Positions 1 through 11,359 of a stretch of 64,000 nucleotides of DNA are shown here, piece by piece. Positions within the stretch are counted from its first letter, which is position 1, and each line of letters starts with the position of its first letter. The stretch comes from Trichormus sp. ATA11-4-KO1 (lineage in GTDB: Bacteria; Cyanobacteriota; Cyanobacteriia; Cyanobacteriales; Nostocaceae). A program made the translations under genes and the position numbers. The notes under the pieces were generated by a model. It did no database searches and had not been told where the DNA came from. It saw only the letters and a program-made list of their open reading frames with translations. Location: the NCBI GenBank assembly GCA_019358915.1, contig JAHHIM010000016.1:1-64000 (forward strand), in the 5' to 3' direction.

Positions 1-124
1 CCTTTTGTGGTGATTCATGGCTGCTCAAACCCCTTTTTTTTCTAAATATGTCTGTTTTTATTCCTGCTTGCTTTTTTTCTCTCAGTAATTTCCGTTTGTG
101 ACACTTGGGGGTGCGGAAGGTGGG
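1..124 (-). mobile_element. Probable end of an IS1634-like insertion sequence running off the left edge
   Basis: GTGCGGAAGGTGGG (111-124) resembles the IS1634-type terminal repeat as I recall it. A minus-strand ATG near position 18 opens M-N-H-H-K-R toward the edge. Coding-like sequence resumes abruptly after 124. Confidence 0.5.
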
Positions 125-513
125 TTACAAAAGGAGTTGATGTTGAGTCGCACTTCCTATGCCCTAAACATATTGCTAGGCTAAACAATATTAGTGAGAT
201 CGATGCCAATCAAATAATTAGTCAAGCAACTGAAGACTTGAAAGACTTATGTATTAAAAAATATGTTAATGGAAGATCTGATATTGAAAAGAAATTAGGT
301 ACTTATAGAAATCTAGATGTTGGGGACTTAGCTGTTGAAGCACCTAAAAAACTAGATAGTGATCCTGAGAGATATAGACATTCTAAGACAATTCTCAAAA
401 AGGTTAGATCTTTATTTCAAGATAAGTATAATCGTAACATTAAAATTATTGAGCAATCAGAATTTATCAAGGATATTTCTCTAGAAGCAATTGCTAATTC
501 GCTTCCAAAATAA
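125..513 (+). pseudogene. 3' fragment of an AT-rich gene, possibly the C-terminus of an OLD/TOPRIM-like nuclease, cut by the IS end
   Basis: The frame of ORF 238-513 is open upstream (VTKGVDVESHFLCPKHIARLNN...) to the IS end with no ATG/RBS. The family is a guess from the GxDVESHFL motif. Confidence 0.4.
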
Positions 514-610
514 TGCTAATGAATTCTACGCCATCCTTTTCAATACCTACCACGGATTGCTAACATCCTATTACCAATAGTCACCTCTAATTTGATAAAT
601 TTTCCAATTA

Positions 611-739
611 TTATAGTTGCATTCGCCGCATTCCCCACCAAGTGATCGCAAACTCGACAATTCCCAAAAGCAGCAAAGCACCGATGAGATGCCAAGTTCC
701 AAACCAGCCTGAACCCCGCACAAATATATCCTGCTTCAT
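611..739 (-). pseudogene. 42-aa hydrophobic ORF, likely the C-terminal remnant of an ABC-2 permease
   Basis: Manual translation MKQDIFVRGSGWFGTWHLIGALLLLGIVEFAITWWGMRRMQL*; one TM helix; resembles ABC-2 permease tails (DxFVRGxGW...RRMQL). Confidence 0.35.
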
Positions 740-806
740 TGAAAGCTATCTGAATTATGATGATTTCGTTTATTGCGTTTAATAACAACGAGTGGGGAAA
801 AGCAAA

Positions 807-1853
807 GTGAAAGCACAGGTATTTAGAGGCGTTAATCAATTATCCTACGAAGATATCCCAGTGCCGACGCTGGAAGCAGATGAAGTGCTGCTACAAGTGG
901 GTGTCGTGGGATTATGTCAGTCAGATATAAAAAAAATTCGTTATCCCTTGTATGAACCACCACGCATATTCGGCCATGAAACAGCCGGAACGATCGCAGC
1001 CGTAGGTTCTCAGGTACAAGGTTGGCAAGTGGGACAACGGGTAGCGGTGATGCACCACATTCCTTGTATGCGTTGCGCCTATTGTCTAAATGATAATTTC
1101 TCCATGTGCCATGTCTATAAAAATATCTCCACCACAGCCGGATTTAACGCCAGTGGTGGCGGGTTTGCTGAATATGTCAAGGTTCCCGGACATATTGTGC
1201 AGAATGGCGGGTTAATTCCCATTCCTGATGATATTAGCTTTGAAGAAGCGAGTTTTGTAGAACCAACTAACTGCTGTCTCAAAGCCGTGAAAAAAGCCCA
1301 AATTGCCCCAGGACAGACTGTTTTAGTTACAGGTGCAGGGCCAATTGGCTTAATGTTTGTGATGTTAATTAAGTATTTCGGAGCAAAAGCGATCGCTACT
1401 GATTTACTACCATCGAGAATCGAAAAAGCCTTGAATGTCGGTGCAGAAGCAGCATTTGATGCTCGTGATCCTGATTTACCTGCGAAAATTCAAGCCTTGA
1501 CTGGGGGGATGGGTGTTGATGTTACCTTGTTAGCTGTTCCCAGTGATAAAGCTTTCTTTCAAGCTCTGGAATGTACCCGCAAAGGCGGTAAAATTTTATT
1601 TTTCGCCGAATTCCCCGATGAGGTGGAAATCCCCGTGAACCCGAATATTCTGTACCGTCGGGAAATTGACTTGATGGGTAGTTACAGTTCGTCTTATCGA
1701 CTTCAGGGTTTATCGGCAGATATTGTATTTAATCGTCGCATCGATGTGAAAGCCTTGATTAGCGATCGCTATCCCTTGCAAGATTTATCAAAGGCTGTAG
1801 AGCAAGCGATCGCACCATTACCCGAAACATATAAAATCTTAATTTATCCGTAG
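807..1853 (+). CDS. Zinc-dependent medium-chain dehydrogenase (sorbitol/threonine dehydrogenase-like)
   Basis: GHETAG motif, structural Zn CxxCxxC..C, GAGPIG Rossmann motif; GTG start at 807 preferred. Confidence 0.9.
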   Translation: MKAQVFRGVNQLSYEDIPVPTLEADEVLLQVGVVGLCQSDIKKIRYPLYEPPRIFGHETAGTIAAVGSQVQGWQVGQRVAVMHHIPCMRCAYCLNDNFSMCHVYKNISTTAGFNASGGGFAEYVKVPGHIVQNGGLIPIPDDISFEEASFVEPTNCCLKAVKKAQIAPGQTVLVTGAGPIGLMFVMLIKYFGAKAIATDLLPSRIEKALNVGAEAAFDARDPDLPAKIQALTGGMGVDVTLLAVPSDKAFFQALECTRKGGKILFFAEFPDEVEIPVNPNILYRREIDLMGSYSSSYRLQGLSADIVFNRRIDVKALISDRYPLQDLSKAVEQAIAPLPETYKILIYP

Positions 1854-1885
1854 TCCGGGCAAACAAGATAACAGTAGAAAATATT

Positions 1886-1947
1886 TATAGCGCTTCTTCC
1901 GATTTTGCGATAAGTTATCGCTTTTCATGACTGGGAGAATCGCTATA
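1886..1947. repeat. Short inverted-repeat element (TATAGCG...CGCTATA), MITE-like remnant
   Basis: tatagcgcttct and agaatcgctata are inverted with 1 mismatch; internal palindrome gcgataagttatcgc. Confidence 0.55.
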
Positions 1948-1976
1948 TTGTTTCCTTCCATCTACCTAAACAGTAA

Positions 1977-3302
1977 ATGTCCATTACGTTAATTTTAGTC
2001 GCCCTGCTAGCTTTTTACGTCGCCTGCAACCTCGGCGCCAACGATGTTGCTAACGCGATGGGAACTTCTGTAGGTTCCAAAGCTATTACTCTAAAACAGG
2101 CAATTATCATTGCGGGAATTTTAGAGTTTATGGGTGCTGTATTATTTGGGCATGAGGTATCGGCAACCTTAGCCACGAAAATTGCCAATCCTGAATTATT
2201 CATAGCTACACCCAAAATTTTATTCATGGGGATGATTACAGTGTTAATTTCCTCTGGATTGTGGCTGCAAATTGCCACCTCACGCGGTTTACCTGTATCA
2301 TCCTCCCATGCCGTCGTCGGTGCGATCGCGGGATTTAGTTGGGTTGCTTTAGGCGTAGGTGCAATTAATTGGTCATCAATTGGCTTAGTCACCATTGGCT
2401 GGATTTTAACGCCAATTATCAGTGGGGCGATCGCCGCTTTATTCTATAGTCAAATCAAGCACTGGATTTTAGACCAACCAAATCAAGTAGCACAGCTACA
2501 ACAGTGGATTCCTTGGTTGAGTGTAATTCTCCTCAGTGTATTTGGCGTAATTGTTCTACCATCCTTAACGCAACCGTTAACCAATTACTTAAACCAGCAA
2601 CTTGGTTTAAACATACCTGCTTACGACATCCCCTTATTCACAGGTGCAGTTGCAGCCATTGGACTCACAGTGTTTAGTTGGAAACAGTTGGAGGATGAGG
2701 GGGATGAGGGAGAATTAACTCTCACTCAGCACGGGCTAAACGCCCCGCTACCGCTAACAGCACTCAGCACTCAGCACTCAGCACTCAGCACTCAAGTAGA
2801 ACGCCTATTCGCTCGTTTTCAAGTCCTCAGTGCTTGCTTTGTAGCGTTTGCTCATGGTTCTAACGATGTGGGCAATGCGATCGCTCCTTTAGCGGCGATC
2901 GTTTATATTAATCACACTGGTAGCGTACCTATTAATGGCATCACTATCCCCATCTGGATTTTAATCCTTGGTGGTGTCGGCATTGTCACTGGTTTAGCTA
3001 TCTGGGGTAAAAAAGTAATTGCCACCATCGGCGAAAACATCATTTCTTTGCAACCTAGTAGTGGATTCTGTGCTGAACTCGCAACTGCTACTACTATCCT
3101 CGTCGCCTCCCGATTAGGTTTACCTGTTTCCACCTCCCACGCTCTCGTTGGTGGCGTAGTTGGCATTGGCATGGTGCAAAATCTGAAGTCAATTAAATTC
3201 CAAACTCTCAAGGGTATTGCTGCTGCATGGCTAATTACAATTCCCATCAGTGCAATCCTTGGCGCTACCATTTTTAGCCTCGCCCAGATTTTATTCCTTT
3301 AA
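1977..3302 (+). CDS. Inorganic phosphate transporter, PiT family
   Basis: GANDVANAMGT and HGSNDVGNAIAP signature motifs, PVSSSH/PVSTSH; multi-TM. Confidence 0.93.
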   Translation: MSITLILVALLAFYVACNLGANDVANAMGTSVGSKAITLKQAIIIAGILEFMGAVLFGHEVSATLATKIANPELFIATPKILFMGMITVLISSGLWLQIATSRGLPVSSSHAVVGAIAGFSWVALGVGAINWSSIGLVTIGWILTPIISGAIAALFYSQIKHWILDQPNQVAQLQQWIPWLSVILLSVFGVIVLPSLTQPLTNYLNQQLGLNIPAYDIPLFTGAVAAIGLTVFSWKQLEDEGDEGELTLTQHGLNAPLPLTALSTQHSALSTQVERLFARFQVLSACFVAFAHGSNDVGNAIAPLAAIVYINHTGSVPINGITIPIWILILGGVGIVTGLAIWGKKVIATIGENIISLQPSSGFCAELATATTILVASRLGLPVSTSHALVGGVVGIGMVQNLKSIKFQTLKGIAAAWLITIPISAILGATIFSLAQILFL

Positions 3303-3907
3303 TATTTATTCTTTATGTATTTTGATGAATTGAAATTTCTCTGATTTTTTCCGAAAAACTTGACTGCTACAACCTTAAAACCACAGTGTATTTTTGCAGA
3401 ACAGCAGTTAATTCACTAAACTAGTGAGCAGGGAATAGTAATACTTGGAATTTCTGCGGATAGGCAGTTTAATATTTATTAAAAATTTAAACTGTCACAC
3501 AAGATACATTCTGTACAAATTTACATACAAGTCCACAATCTTGAGAATCCTGTTGTGGCAATCCACGTATTTACAAGCCTTTGATAATTACTGTTGTTAC
3601 CAAAAAAATAAGTATTTATATTGGGTGAGATGTTTTTTTCAAAAAACTCTCACTAGCAAACCGTTGATTTAAATAAGACTGATGGAATGCCGCTCTGTGA
3701 TATTGAAGGGAACACAGTATAGTAGGCTGTAAAGCAAATAAATTATTACTTTGCCAACTTTGTCCTCAGCATGACAAAATTACATTGATATGCGTAATTC
3801 CTGTGAAATTTTTAAATGTATCTGACAAAATACAGGAAATCAGGATGAGCGCCAAACAAGTTTACGGAAAGCAGCTTTATCTTCAAGGTGTTAGAGGTTA
3901 GAAGCTA

Positions 3908-6319
3908 ATGGGGCGATTCGAGAAGCGACCAGACAACCCGCGAGTCAGAGGCGAGCTATCCAGAGCAGCAGAAACAGCTCTATGGGCTGTTGTGGAGGAT
4001 TTGGAAAGTCTCCAGCAGAATATGCTCAGATCGTTGCAGGAAGAAATCAAACGACTTCAGGCAGAAAAAACTCGTTTATCTGATGAAATCCAACATCTAT
4101 TAGAGGAAAAGGAACACCTACAACAGGTACGGCAGATCACTGAGCAGCAAGTGTTAATTCGTCAGTTGTCAGAAGCCTTGGCAAAGCACATATCTTCGCA
4201 ACTGCAATCATCGCTGGCAAATTTAGTTAGCCAATCAGTAGTGGGTAATTCTCACGAACGATCTGCACTGAAGTCAGCAGGAGAAAACAATGAAAATGCC
4301 GAAAAAATGCTTGGCACTTTGGATGATACCCTGACGATTACCTTTAACTCACTACAACAGGAACTGAAGAACTATCAAAGTAATCTCTCCCAACAGTTGT
4401 CTCGGATGTACAGCCAACAGCAGCAGGGAGAAGCAATTGTCGAGCAATTAATTAATCACCTGCGTGGGGAACTAGTAAAAACAACAAAAGAAATTTCGTT
4501 AGCAGCAGTAAAAGCCTCACCGCCTACTGTTGTGCAACCCACTGAGCAACAGCCACCTAGTTCCTCACAGACACGCTTACAGTTGGGAGAAATCAATAGC
4601 AGTGTCGCCGAGCCAATTTCTACTATCACTGAAGATTTATCAAAGAGCAACACTACACCTCCTCCTACGCTAGCATCTTCGTCAAGCAACATAGTCCCAT
4701 TAAGCAAGGCAAAATCGTCGGAGTCGAATTCTGTAATTAGCAGAGAAGAGTTTGAACGCGACAACCAATTCCCTCCAGACCAGGAAAACACTACAGAGTC
4801 GAATTCTGTAATTAGCAGAGAAGAGTTTGAACGCGACAACCAATTCCCTCCAGACCAGGAAAACACTACAGAGTCGAATTCTGTAATTAGCAGAGAAGAG
4901 TTTGAACGCGACAACCAATTCCCTCCAGACCAGGAAAACACTACAGAGTCGAATTCTGTAATTAGCAGAGAAGAGTTTGAACGCGACAACCAATTCTCTC
5001 CAGACCAGGAAAACACTACAGAGTCGAATTCTGTAATTAGCAGAGAAGAGTTTGAACGCGACAACCAATTCCCGCCAGATCAACAAAAGGTTAGCCAGCA
5101 AAATTCTGTACTTAGGAGAGAAGCGCTCGAACGCAACACTCAATCTCCGCCAGATCAGCAAAAGGTTGGTAAGCCGAATTCTGTACTCAGTAGAGAAGCG
5201 CTAGAGAACAACACTCAATCTCCGCCTTCTCCAGCAACCAAGCAAGAAGCAAAACCTGCATCTTCACGCTCAAATAACTCTCAAACTTTATCGCCAATTC
5301 AGATAGGTTTCTTGCTGGTTGTGTTGTCAACGGTGGTTTCATCGCTTTACAACGTAGCTATCAAGGGGATGTTCTATAAGGCTTACGATAATCTCGGAGT
5401 TTTAGAGATAGAAGGACTGATTTCGCCAACATTGGGGAATATCCTGTTAATTTTGATGCTGCGGTTACTGGTGGTTGTACCACTCATGCTACTGTTGGCT
5501 CCCATAATGCATCCGCAAGTATGGCAAGATATGCAAAACTTGGTGGAGTCAGTACGGGGTAATTCCAATCCAAATAGTAGTGTCAAAACACAAAGACTTT
5601 TACAGTTGTCGATCGCCAGTGGATGCTTTTTGTTTTTATCTCAGGTGCTCATCTACCTGGCTATTGGTCAAGTGGCGACTGGGATGGCGATCGCGCTTTT
5701 CTTTGTCTACCCCATGATTGGCGGACTACTCTCATGGTTACTGTTCCGCGATCGCCCCAGTGGTTTCCGCTCCGCCGCGATCGGCTCTATTTTCTGCGGT
5801 GAGTTACTCGTACTAGGCGGTTCTGCAAGCTTTGGTATGGCTAATTTCTCTCTAGGAAGCAGCACAGCAATTTTTGCTGGAGTGGCTTTTGCCTGCTATG
5901 TGATTTTGACACGGATATGTGCTGCTAAACTGCATCCGGTGTCTTTCACATTAATCAACTTTACCACCATGTTTGTGTTGAGCTTTATTTGTTTGATGCT
6001 GCCTTTACCAAGTGGCTTGAATCTGGCAGTTGATCCGTCTAAGCTACTAGAACTTATTTTAAGTGCTTTTATTTTAGGTGTTCTAACTCTGGTAGGCTAT
6101 GTGCTCAACAATGTGGGGATTCGCAAATTAGGTGCATTACGGTCGGCAATTATCGGAGCAGGCGTACCAATTCTCACTGTGGTTTTTGCTGGTTTAATGC
6201 TTCAGGAGACCTTGGAAATCGTACAAATTATGGGAGTGCTGTTCGTCACTTTTGGCGTAGCAGCTTACAGCTTTGAAAAAATGCGGAATCAAGTTAAATC
6301 TTCTAGTTCCGAAAATTGA
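3908..6319 (+). CDS. sepJ: Septal junction protein SepJ (FraG): coiled coil + linker + DMT/EamA permease
   Basis: N-terminus MGRFEKRPDNPRVRGELSRAAETALWAVVEDLE, coiled coil, long linker, C-terminal multi-TM permease; directly upstream of hetR. Confidence 0.95.
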   Translation: MGRFEKRPDNPRVRGELSRAAETALWAVVEDLESLQQNMLRSLQEEIKRLQAEKTRLSDEIQHLLEEKEHLQQVRQITEQQVLIRQLSEALAKHISSQLQSSLANLVSQSVVGNSHERSALKSAGENNENAEKMLGTLDDTLTITFNSLQQELKNYQSNLSQQLSRMYSQQQQGEAIVEQLINHLRGELVKTTKEISLAAVKASPPTVVQPTEQQPPSSSQTRLQLGEINSSVAEPISTITEDLSKSNTTPPPTLASSSSNIVPLSKAKSSESNSVISREEFERDNQFPPDQENTTESNSVISREEFERDNQFPPDQENTTESNSVISREEFERDNQFPPDQENTTESNSVISREEFERDNQFSPDQENTTESNSVISREEFERDNQFPPDQQKVSQQNSVLRREALERNTQSPPDQQKVGKPNSVLSREALENNTQSPPSPATKQEAKPASSRSNNSQTLSPIQIGFLLVVLSTVVSSLYNVAIKGMFYKAYDNLGVLEIEGLISPTLGNILLILMLRLLVVVPLMLLLAPIMHPQVWQDMQNLVESVRGNSNPNSSVKTQRLLQLSIASGCFLFLSQVLIYLAIGQVATGMAIALFFVYPMIGGLLSWLLFRDRPSGFRSAAIGSIFCGELLVLGGSASFGMANFSLGSSTAIFAGVAFACYVILTRICAAKLHPVSFTLINFTTMFVLSFICLMLPLPSGLNLAVDPSKLLELILSAFILGVLTLVGYVLNNVGIRKLGALRSAIIGAGVPILTVVFAGLMLQETLEIVQIMGVLFVTFGVAAYSFEKMRNQVKSSSSEN
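4721..5226 (+). repeat. 75-bp (25-aa) coding tandem repeat in the sepJ linker
   Basis: Units start at 4721, 4796, 4871, 4946 and 5021 (near-identical, ESNSVISREEFERDNQFPPDQENTT), followed by two diverged units to about 5226. Confidence 0.97.
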
Positions 6320-7326
6320 ATTACCCATAATAGCCAGCTTAATAATGATAAAAATAAAACGTTAAACGAGGAATTTAATTCTTTAAATTCTAACTTTTCA
6401 TTATGTCTTGCTAATGATAAGTTTCTCAGGAATTATACCATTATCAGCATAAGTATAAACAATGAAATTTGAGGGTTAAGTAGCCATCATGAACTGCTTA
6501 CCCTCTTACTTGTAAAGACATATTTCTGTAAGTACCGGACTTACCAGACTGCCTCATTAGAGCGTTGGTTCACCACTGAGCAAAAAAGGCGATGGGCAAG
6601 GAAAAAGCAGAAGCACAAGGAGCAGAGAAAATTTGTATTCCTTGTACCAGTTTTTCTATTTCTTTTGTTCCAACTAGTCTTATCTGCATAACTAGGTTTC
6701 TTCTTTATCATGTCAGTACCAAATGATGAATTAAACTAGAACTCATAGTCTTTGGTGAAATATCAGAGAATCTTCATAAACGGTTGCATATAAACTATTT
6801 AAATGGTAGACATTTAGTTGTTTAGAATAGATTACTTTATACAAAATTAATAAAAAAATGGTCAGATATAGAATACTATGTTATGAGAAAATCAAATGTA
6901 TTTTGAACTAGGAATTATTTGCCTTGTTTGAGGTTAATGATTATTCCTCCAGTCAACCACCTATACTGTTCAAAAACTACTGGAAGTTTTAAGCAGTTAT
7001 AGTGGGTTACAAATTCTGTTTGAACTTGTCAGTGTTTCCTGGGTTGGTAAATTGATTCCTCTTAAATGACTCCTGATCATTGCGGGAAATCTGTACAAGG
7101 CCAACCGTTCATCAAAGCCTAATAAAAAGTAATCCTTGTGGAAAGATATACTTTTTATTAACGCCACAGAGCAGTTGTTGCAGTACTATCTTCCTGATAC
7201 GGAGTGATGATCACTTTTGACAACTAGAACCTGAAAGTTAAAACATCATCATGCAGGTCTGGAGTAAAGACATTAGCTGCAATTGGGTGTATACTACTTA
7301 CTTTCCTGTGACTAATAAATCTGTAA

Positions 7327-8250
<924 letters not shown>

Positions 8251-8409
8251 TATGTCAGGGTGTTAGACCATGAAAACAGGTGACAGGTGACAGTCTTGGA
8301 AAACAGCAATTTCATGAGATTTTGGATTTTATTTTTCAATCCAAAATCTCAGATTCAAAATTGAATGGGCAAGGAGTAAAGAGGATTTTGAACTTTTTAC
8401 AAAAAACAC

Positions 8410-8434
8410 TAGGCGGGCTGTTTGCCCAGCCTAA
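8410..8434. terminator. Hairpin between convergent hetR and the downstream gene
   Basis: taggcgggc-tgttt-gcccagccta imperfect stem, A-run at 8400-8407 (U-run on the minus strand). Confidence 0.5.
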
Positions 8435-8460
8435 GTGAAAGTCATCAAACTTACACTAAT

Positions 8461-9117
8461 TTATTCACTTACTGGATTCCCTGGAGTTGGATTGACCTCA
8501 AAAGAGGGACTAGATCCAGTGGGAACTCTAGTTGGTGGTGCAGATGCAGGCGAAAAGCCACTAACGCGATCGCTAGCATCAATACAAGTATCCATTGCCT
8601 GAACAGGGGTAAGCTCAATTTCACTACGTAAGCCCACCACACACAGAGCAAAACGCTCAGGCAACAAACTCCGACCACAGTAATCTAAGACTGGTGTCTT
8701 AATCGCCTCTGGCGTATTTCTGCTGATACCCGCTACACAGTTAGCTAATTCCTGGGGTCGCCTAGCCCGATTACAGGAAGCAAGAGCATCTACAGCGCTA
8801 ATTTGCGTTTGCTGATTAATTTTAACTACGCAGGCAGACAAATCTCTCGGTCTCAGTGCTTTTGCACAACCTTGTGATGCTGCTTGTGGAGCTAGTTGCA
8901 AATTTAAGAGTCTAGCTGTACAGACACGGTAATCGTTGGCGTAGGAGGTAGTGACAGCCATACTGGAAGCAGTCATTGCTAACCATCCAGCTACAACCAA
9001 AACTGGTGCTGTTAGCCGGACTGTTTTAGTCTTGAATATCTTGACAACAGAACTGCTTTGTTGGTTCCGCACTTTACTAACATCTTTTTTGCACATTGCC
9101 GTTCTCCAAACACCCAA
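8461..9117 (-). CDS. Exported Cys-repeat hypothetical protein
   Basis: Signal-like hydrophobic stretch followed by three CxxxxxPxxxxxCV repeats; start codon uncertain. Confidence 0.75.
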   Translation of the reverse strand: MGVWRTAMCKKDVSKVRNQQSSSVVKIFKTKTVRLTAPVLVVAGWLAMTASSMAVTTSYANDYRVCTARLLNLQLAPQAASQGCAKALRPRDLSACVVKINQQTQISAVDALASCNRARRPQELANCVAGISRNTPEAIKTPVLDYCGRSLLPERFALCVVGLRSEIELTPVQAMDTCIDASDRVSGFSPASAPPTRVPTGSSPSFEVNPTPGNPVSE

Positions 9118-9267
9118 GGTTATGCTAACTCAAATGTGTAGCAACTATTCTGCCATTTGCAGACAAAATTTTGATGATTAAATTTACGATTTTTGCAATT
9201 ATGATTTCTACATATTTATAATGGAATGTCTGGGTAAAAGTTAAACAGGATTAGATTAAGGAAACTC

Positions 9268-9876
9268 ATGTCCCGATATAGAGGGCCACGCCTCAGAATT
9301 GTCCGTCGCTTAGGCGAACTGCCAGGATTAACTCGTAAAAGTGCTAGACGTGCCTATCCGCCAGGTCAACATGGTCAGAACCGCAAAAAGCGCTCTGAAT
9401 ATGCCGTCCGTCTAGAAGAAAAGCAAAAGCTCCGTTTAAACTACGGTCTGACTGAAAAGCAACTGCTGCGCTATGTGCGTAAAGCTAGACGTGTAGTTGG
9501 TTCTACCGGACAAGTGTTGCTGCAACTGCTAGAAATGCGCTTAGATAATACCGTTTTTCGGTTGGGTATGGCTCCCACCATTCCAGCAGCTCGCCAGCTG
9601 GTAAATCACGGTCATGTTACAGTTAATGGTCGTGTAGTGAATATTGCTAGCTACCAGTGCCGTCCTGGAGAAGTAATCGCCATCAGAGACCGTGAACCAT
9701 CACGGAAGTTAGTGGAATCCAATTTGCAATATCCCGGCTTAGCCAACCTCCCCAGCCATCTGGAATTTGACAAAAACAAGTTGACTGGCAAAGTCAACAG
9801 TGTAATTGAGCGGGAATGGGTAGCGCTACAAGTTAATGAACTGCTAGTAGTGGAATACTACTCACGACAAGCCTAA
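9268..9876 (+). CDS. rpsD: 30S ribosomal protein S4
   Basis: [16 protein letters not shown]...LEMRLDN...VVEYYSR; AAGGA RBS. Confidence 0.99.
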   Translation: MSRYRGPRLRIVRRLGELPGLTRKSARRAYPPGQHGQNRKKRSEYAVRLEEKQKLRLNYGLTEKQLLRYVRKARRVVGSTGQVLLQLLEMRLDNTVFRLGMAPTIPAARQLVNHGHVTVNGRVVNIASYQCRPGEVIAIRDREPSRKLVESNLQYPGLANLPSHLEFDKNKLTGKVNSVIEREWVALQVNELLVVEYYSRQA

Positions 9877-9959
9877 AAGAGTACTTCCTTCCTGAGTGCT
9901 GAGTGCTGAGTGCTGAAAAATTCAGATGCTACACTCAGGACTCATGGCTCAGGACTAAT

Positions 9960-10946
9960 CTAACCACCAATTTGTGACATGGTACGGCTATAAAGACCCG
10001 CAATGCCAGAGTCGCGCCCTTTAAAATTAATTTCTGGTTTGATTGTTAATAAATCTTTGACCTGTTCTTGTAATTGATGCGTACTTACACCAGCACGCAA
10101 AGCCGTTTTTAAGTCAATTTGACCAGTTTCATTTAATAAACAGGGACGCAGCCAACCATCGGCTGAAAAACGCATCCGATTACAGCGATCGCAAAAACAT
10201 TCTGACATCTGACTAATAAATCCCAGTGTTCCTTTCGCGCCGGGAATTTGAAATATGTCAGCAGGCCCATATCCACAAATTTGGGATTCTGTCAAGCCCC
10301 ATTTCTGGCTAATTTGTCGCCGTAATTCGGCAGAATTTACCCAACCGCGATCGCCAAATAATTGCCAATTGCCAATAGGCATAAACTCAATAAATCGGAC
10401 GTGCCACTGTTTGTCAATTGTTAAGGCAGCTAAATCGAGAATTTCGTGGTCGTTGATACCGGGGATCACCACAACATTCAGCTTCAGGGGATCAAATTCT
10501 GCGTGATAAGCAGCTTGAATTCCCTGCCAAACTTGTTGCCAACGGGTACGACCCCGATTACCGATAATTTGGTCAAATGTATCGGGATCAAGGGAATCTA
10601 GGCTAATATTGATGCGCCGCAAACCAGCATCATAGAGATTTTGCGCTATGGGAGCCAATAAAAACCCGTTGGTTGTCATTGAGAGGTCTTGGGTTTGGGG
10701 AAATGAAGCGATCGCTCTTACCAAATCCACCACACGGGGACGTAGCAACGGTTCCCCACCAGTTAACCGGAACCGAGTAAAGCCTACGGGAATAAATACT
10801 TCTTGAATGAGGGTGAGTAATTCTTCGTCAGTTAATAATTGTTGCTTGAGGAGATAATCTAGTTCTGCTCCCTCAGGCATACAATACTGACAACGAAAAT
10901 TGCAGCGATCAACAAGGCTAATTCTGAGGTAGTCTACCTGGTTCAT
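9960..10946 (-). CDS. moaA: GTP 3',8-cyclase (molybdenum cofactor biosynthesis)
   Basis: [17 protein letters not shown] radical-SAM motif, [11 protein letters not shown]-terminal MSQIGG. Confidence 0.97.
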   Translation of the reverse strand: MNQVDYLRISLVDRCNFRCQYCMPEGAELDYLLKQQLLTDEELLTLIQEVFIPVGFTRFRLTGGEPLLRPRVVDLVRAIASFPQTQDLSMTTNGFLLAPIAQNLYDAGLRRINISLDSLDPDTFDQIIGNRGRTRWQQVWQGIQAAYHAEFDPLKLNVVVIPGINDHEILDLAALTIDKQWHVRFIEFMPIGNWQLFGDRGWVNSAELRRQISQKWGLTESQICGYGPADIFQIPGAKGTLGFISQMSECFCDRCNRMRFSADGWLRPCLLNETGQIDLKTALRAGVSTHQLQEQVKDLLTIKPEINFKGRDSGIAGLYSRTMSQIGG

Positions 10947-11066
10947 TTTTTTAGTAATTTTATAGCCTATATTTCAGAATATCTAATTTTTGTCAAGTTA
11001 TGAGCAGGTCGCTTGTCATAGAAATTGCCAGAAAGGATAAAATCGAATCAAACTCGAATATTGAAG

Positions 11067-11270
11067 AAGGCAGAAGTACGTTCGTGTAGCGTTCCGTAGG
11101 GAAGGCAGAGGGCATTCGGGAAGAATGTGATCGGGGATTCAGACCCCCACCAAATAAGTGCCACTGAATCAGAGATTTCAGTGGGGGACTCAAAGCCTTG
11201 CTCCCTCCGGTCGCTGCAAAGGGCAGGAGGTAGTATTCCTTCTGCCTCCTGCCTCCTGCCCTCTGCCTTT
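11067..11270. repeat. Multi-hairpin dispersed repeat flanked by inverted GGCAGAG-type heptamers
   Basis: gaaggcagagggca (11101-11114) is inverted to tgccctctgccttt (11257-11270); internal hairpins ggggattcagacccc and ccactgaatc..gatttcagtgg. Confidence 0.65.
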
Positions 11271-11359
11271 CTTGTTCAAATTATCAACCCAGTCGGTAGG
11301 GTGCGTTGTTGTGTACAGGTGTTTATTAATATGGCATATAGAATAAAATCGCTGCTGAG

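Noticed and set aside
611..739. RGSG-containing small ORF as a PatS/PatX-like inhibitor near hetR
   Set aside because: The motif is RGSGW, not RGSGR. It precedes a TM helix, and the peptide looks more like an ABC permease tail.
3445..3672. 75-aa ORF upstream of sepJ
   Set aside because: TTG start, AT-rich and non-protein-like; probably promoter or leader DNA.
4721..5095. Repeat array as a possible CRISPR
   Set aside because: Units are contiguous with no unique spacers, are a multiple of 3 in length and lie in frame within sepJ; no cas genes.
4456..5161. Two long antisense ORFs over the sepJ linker
   Set aside because: Artefacts of a 75-bp unit that happens to lack stops in those frames.
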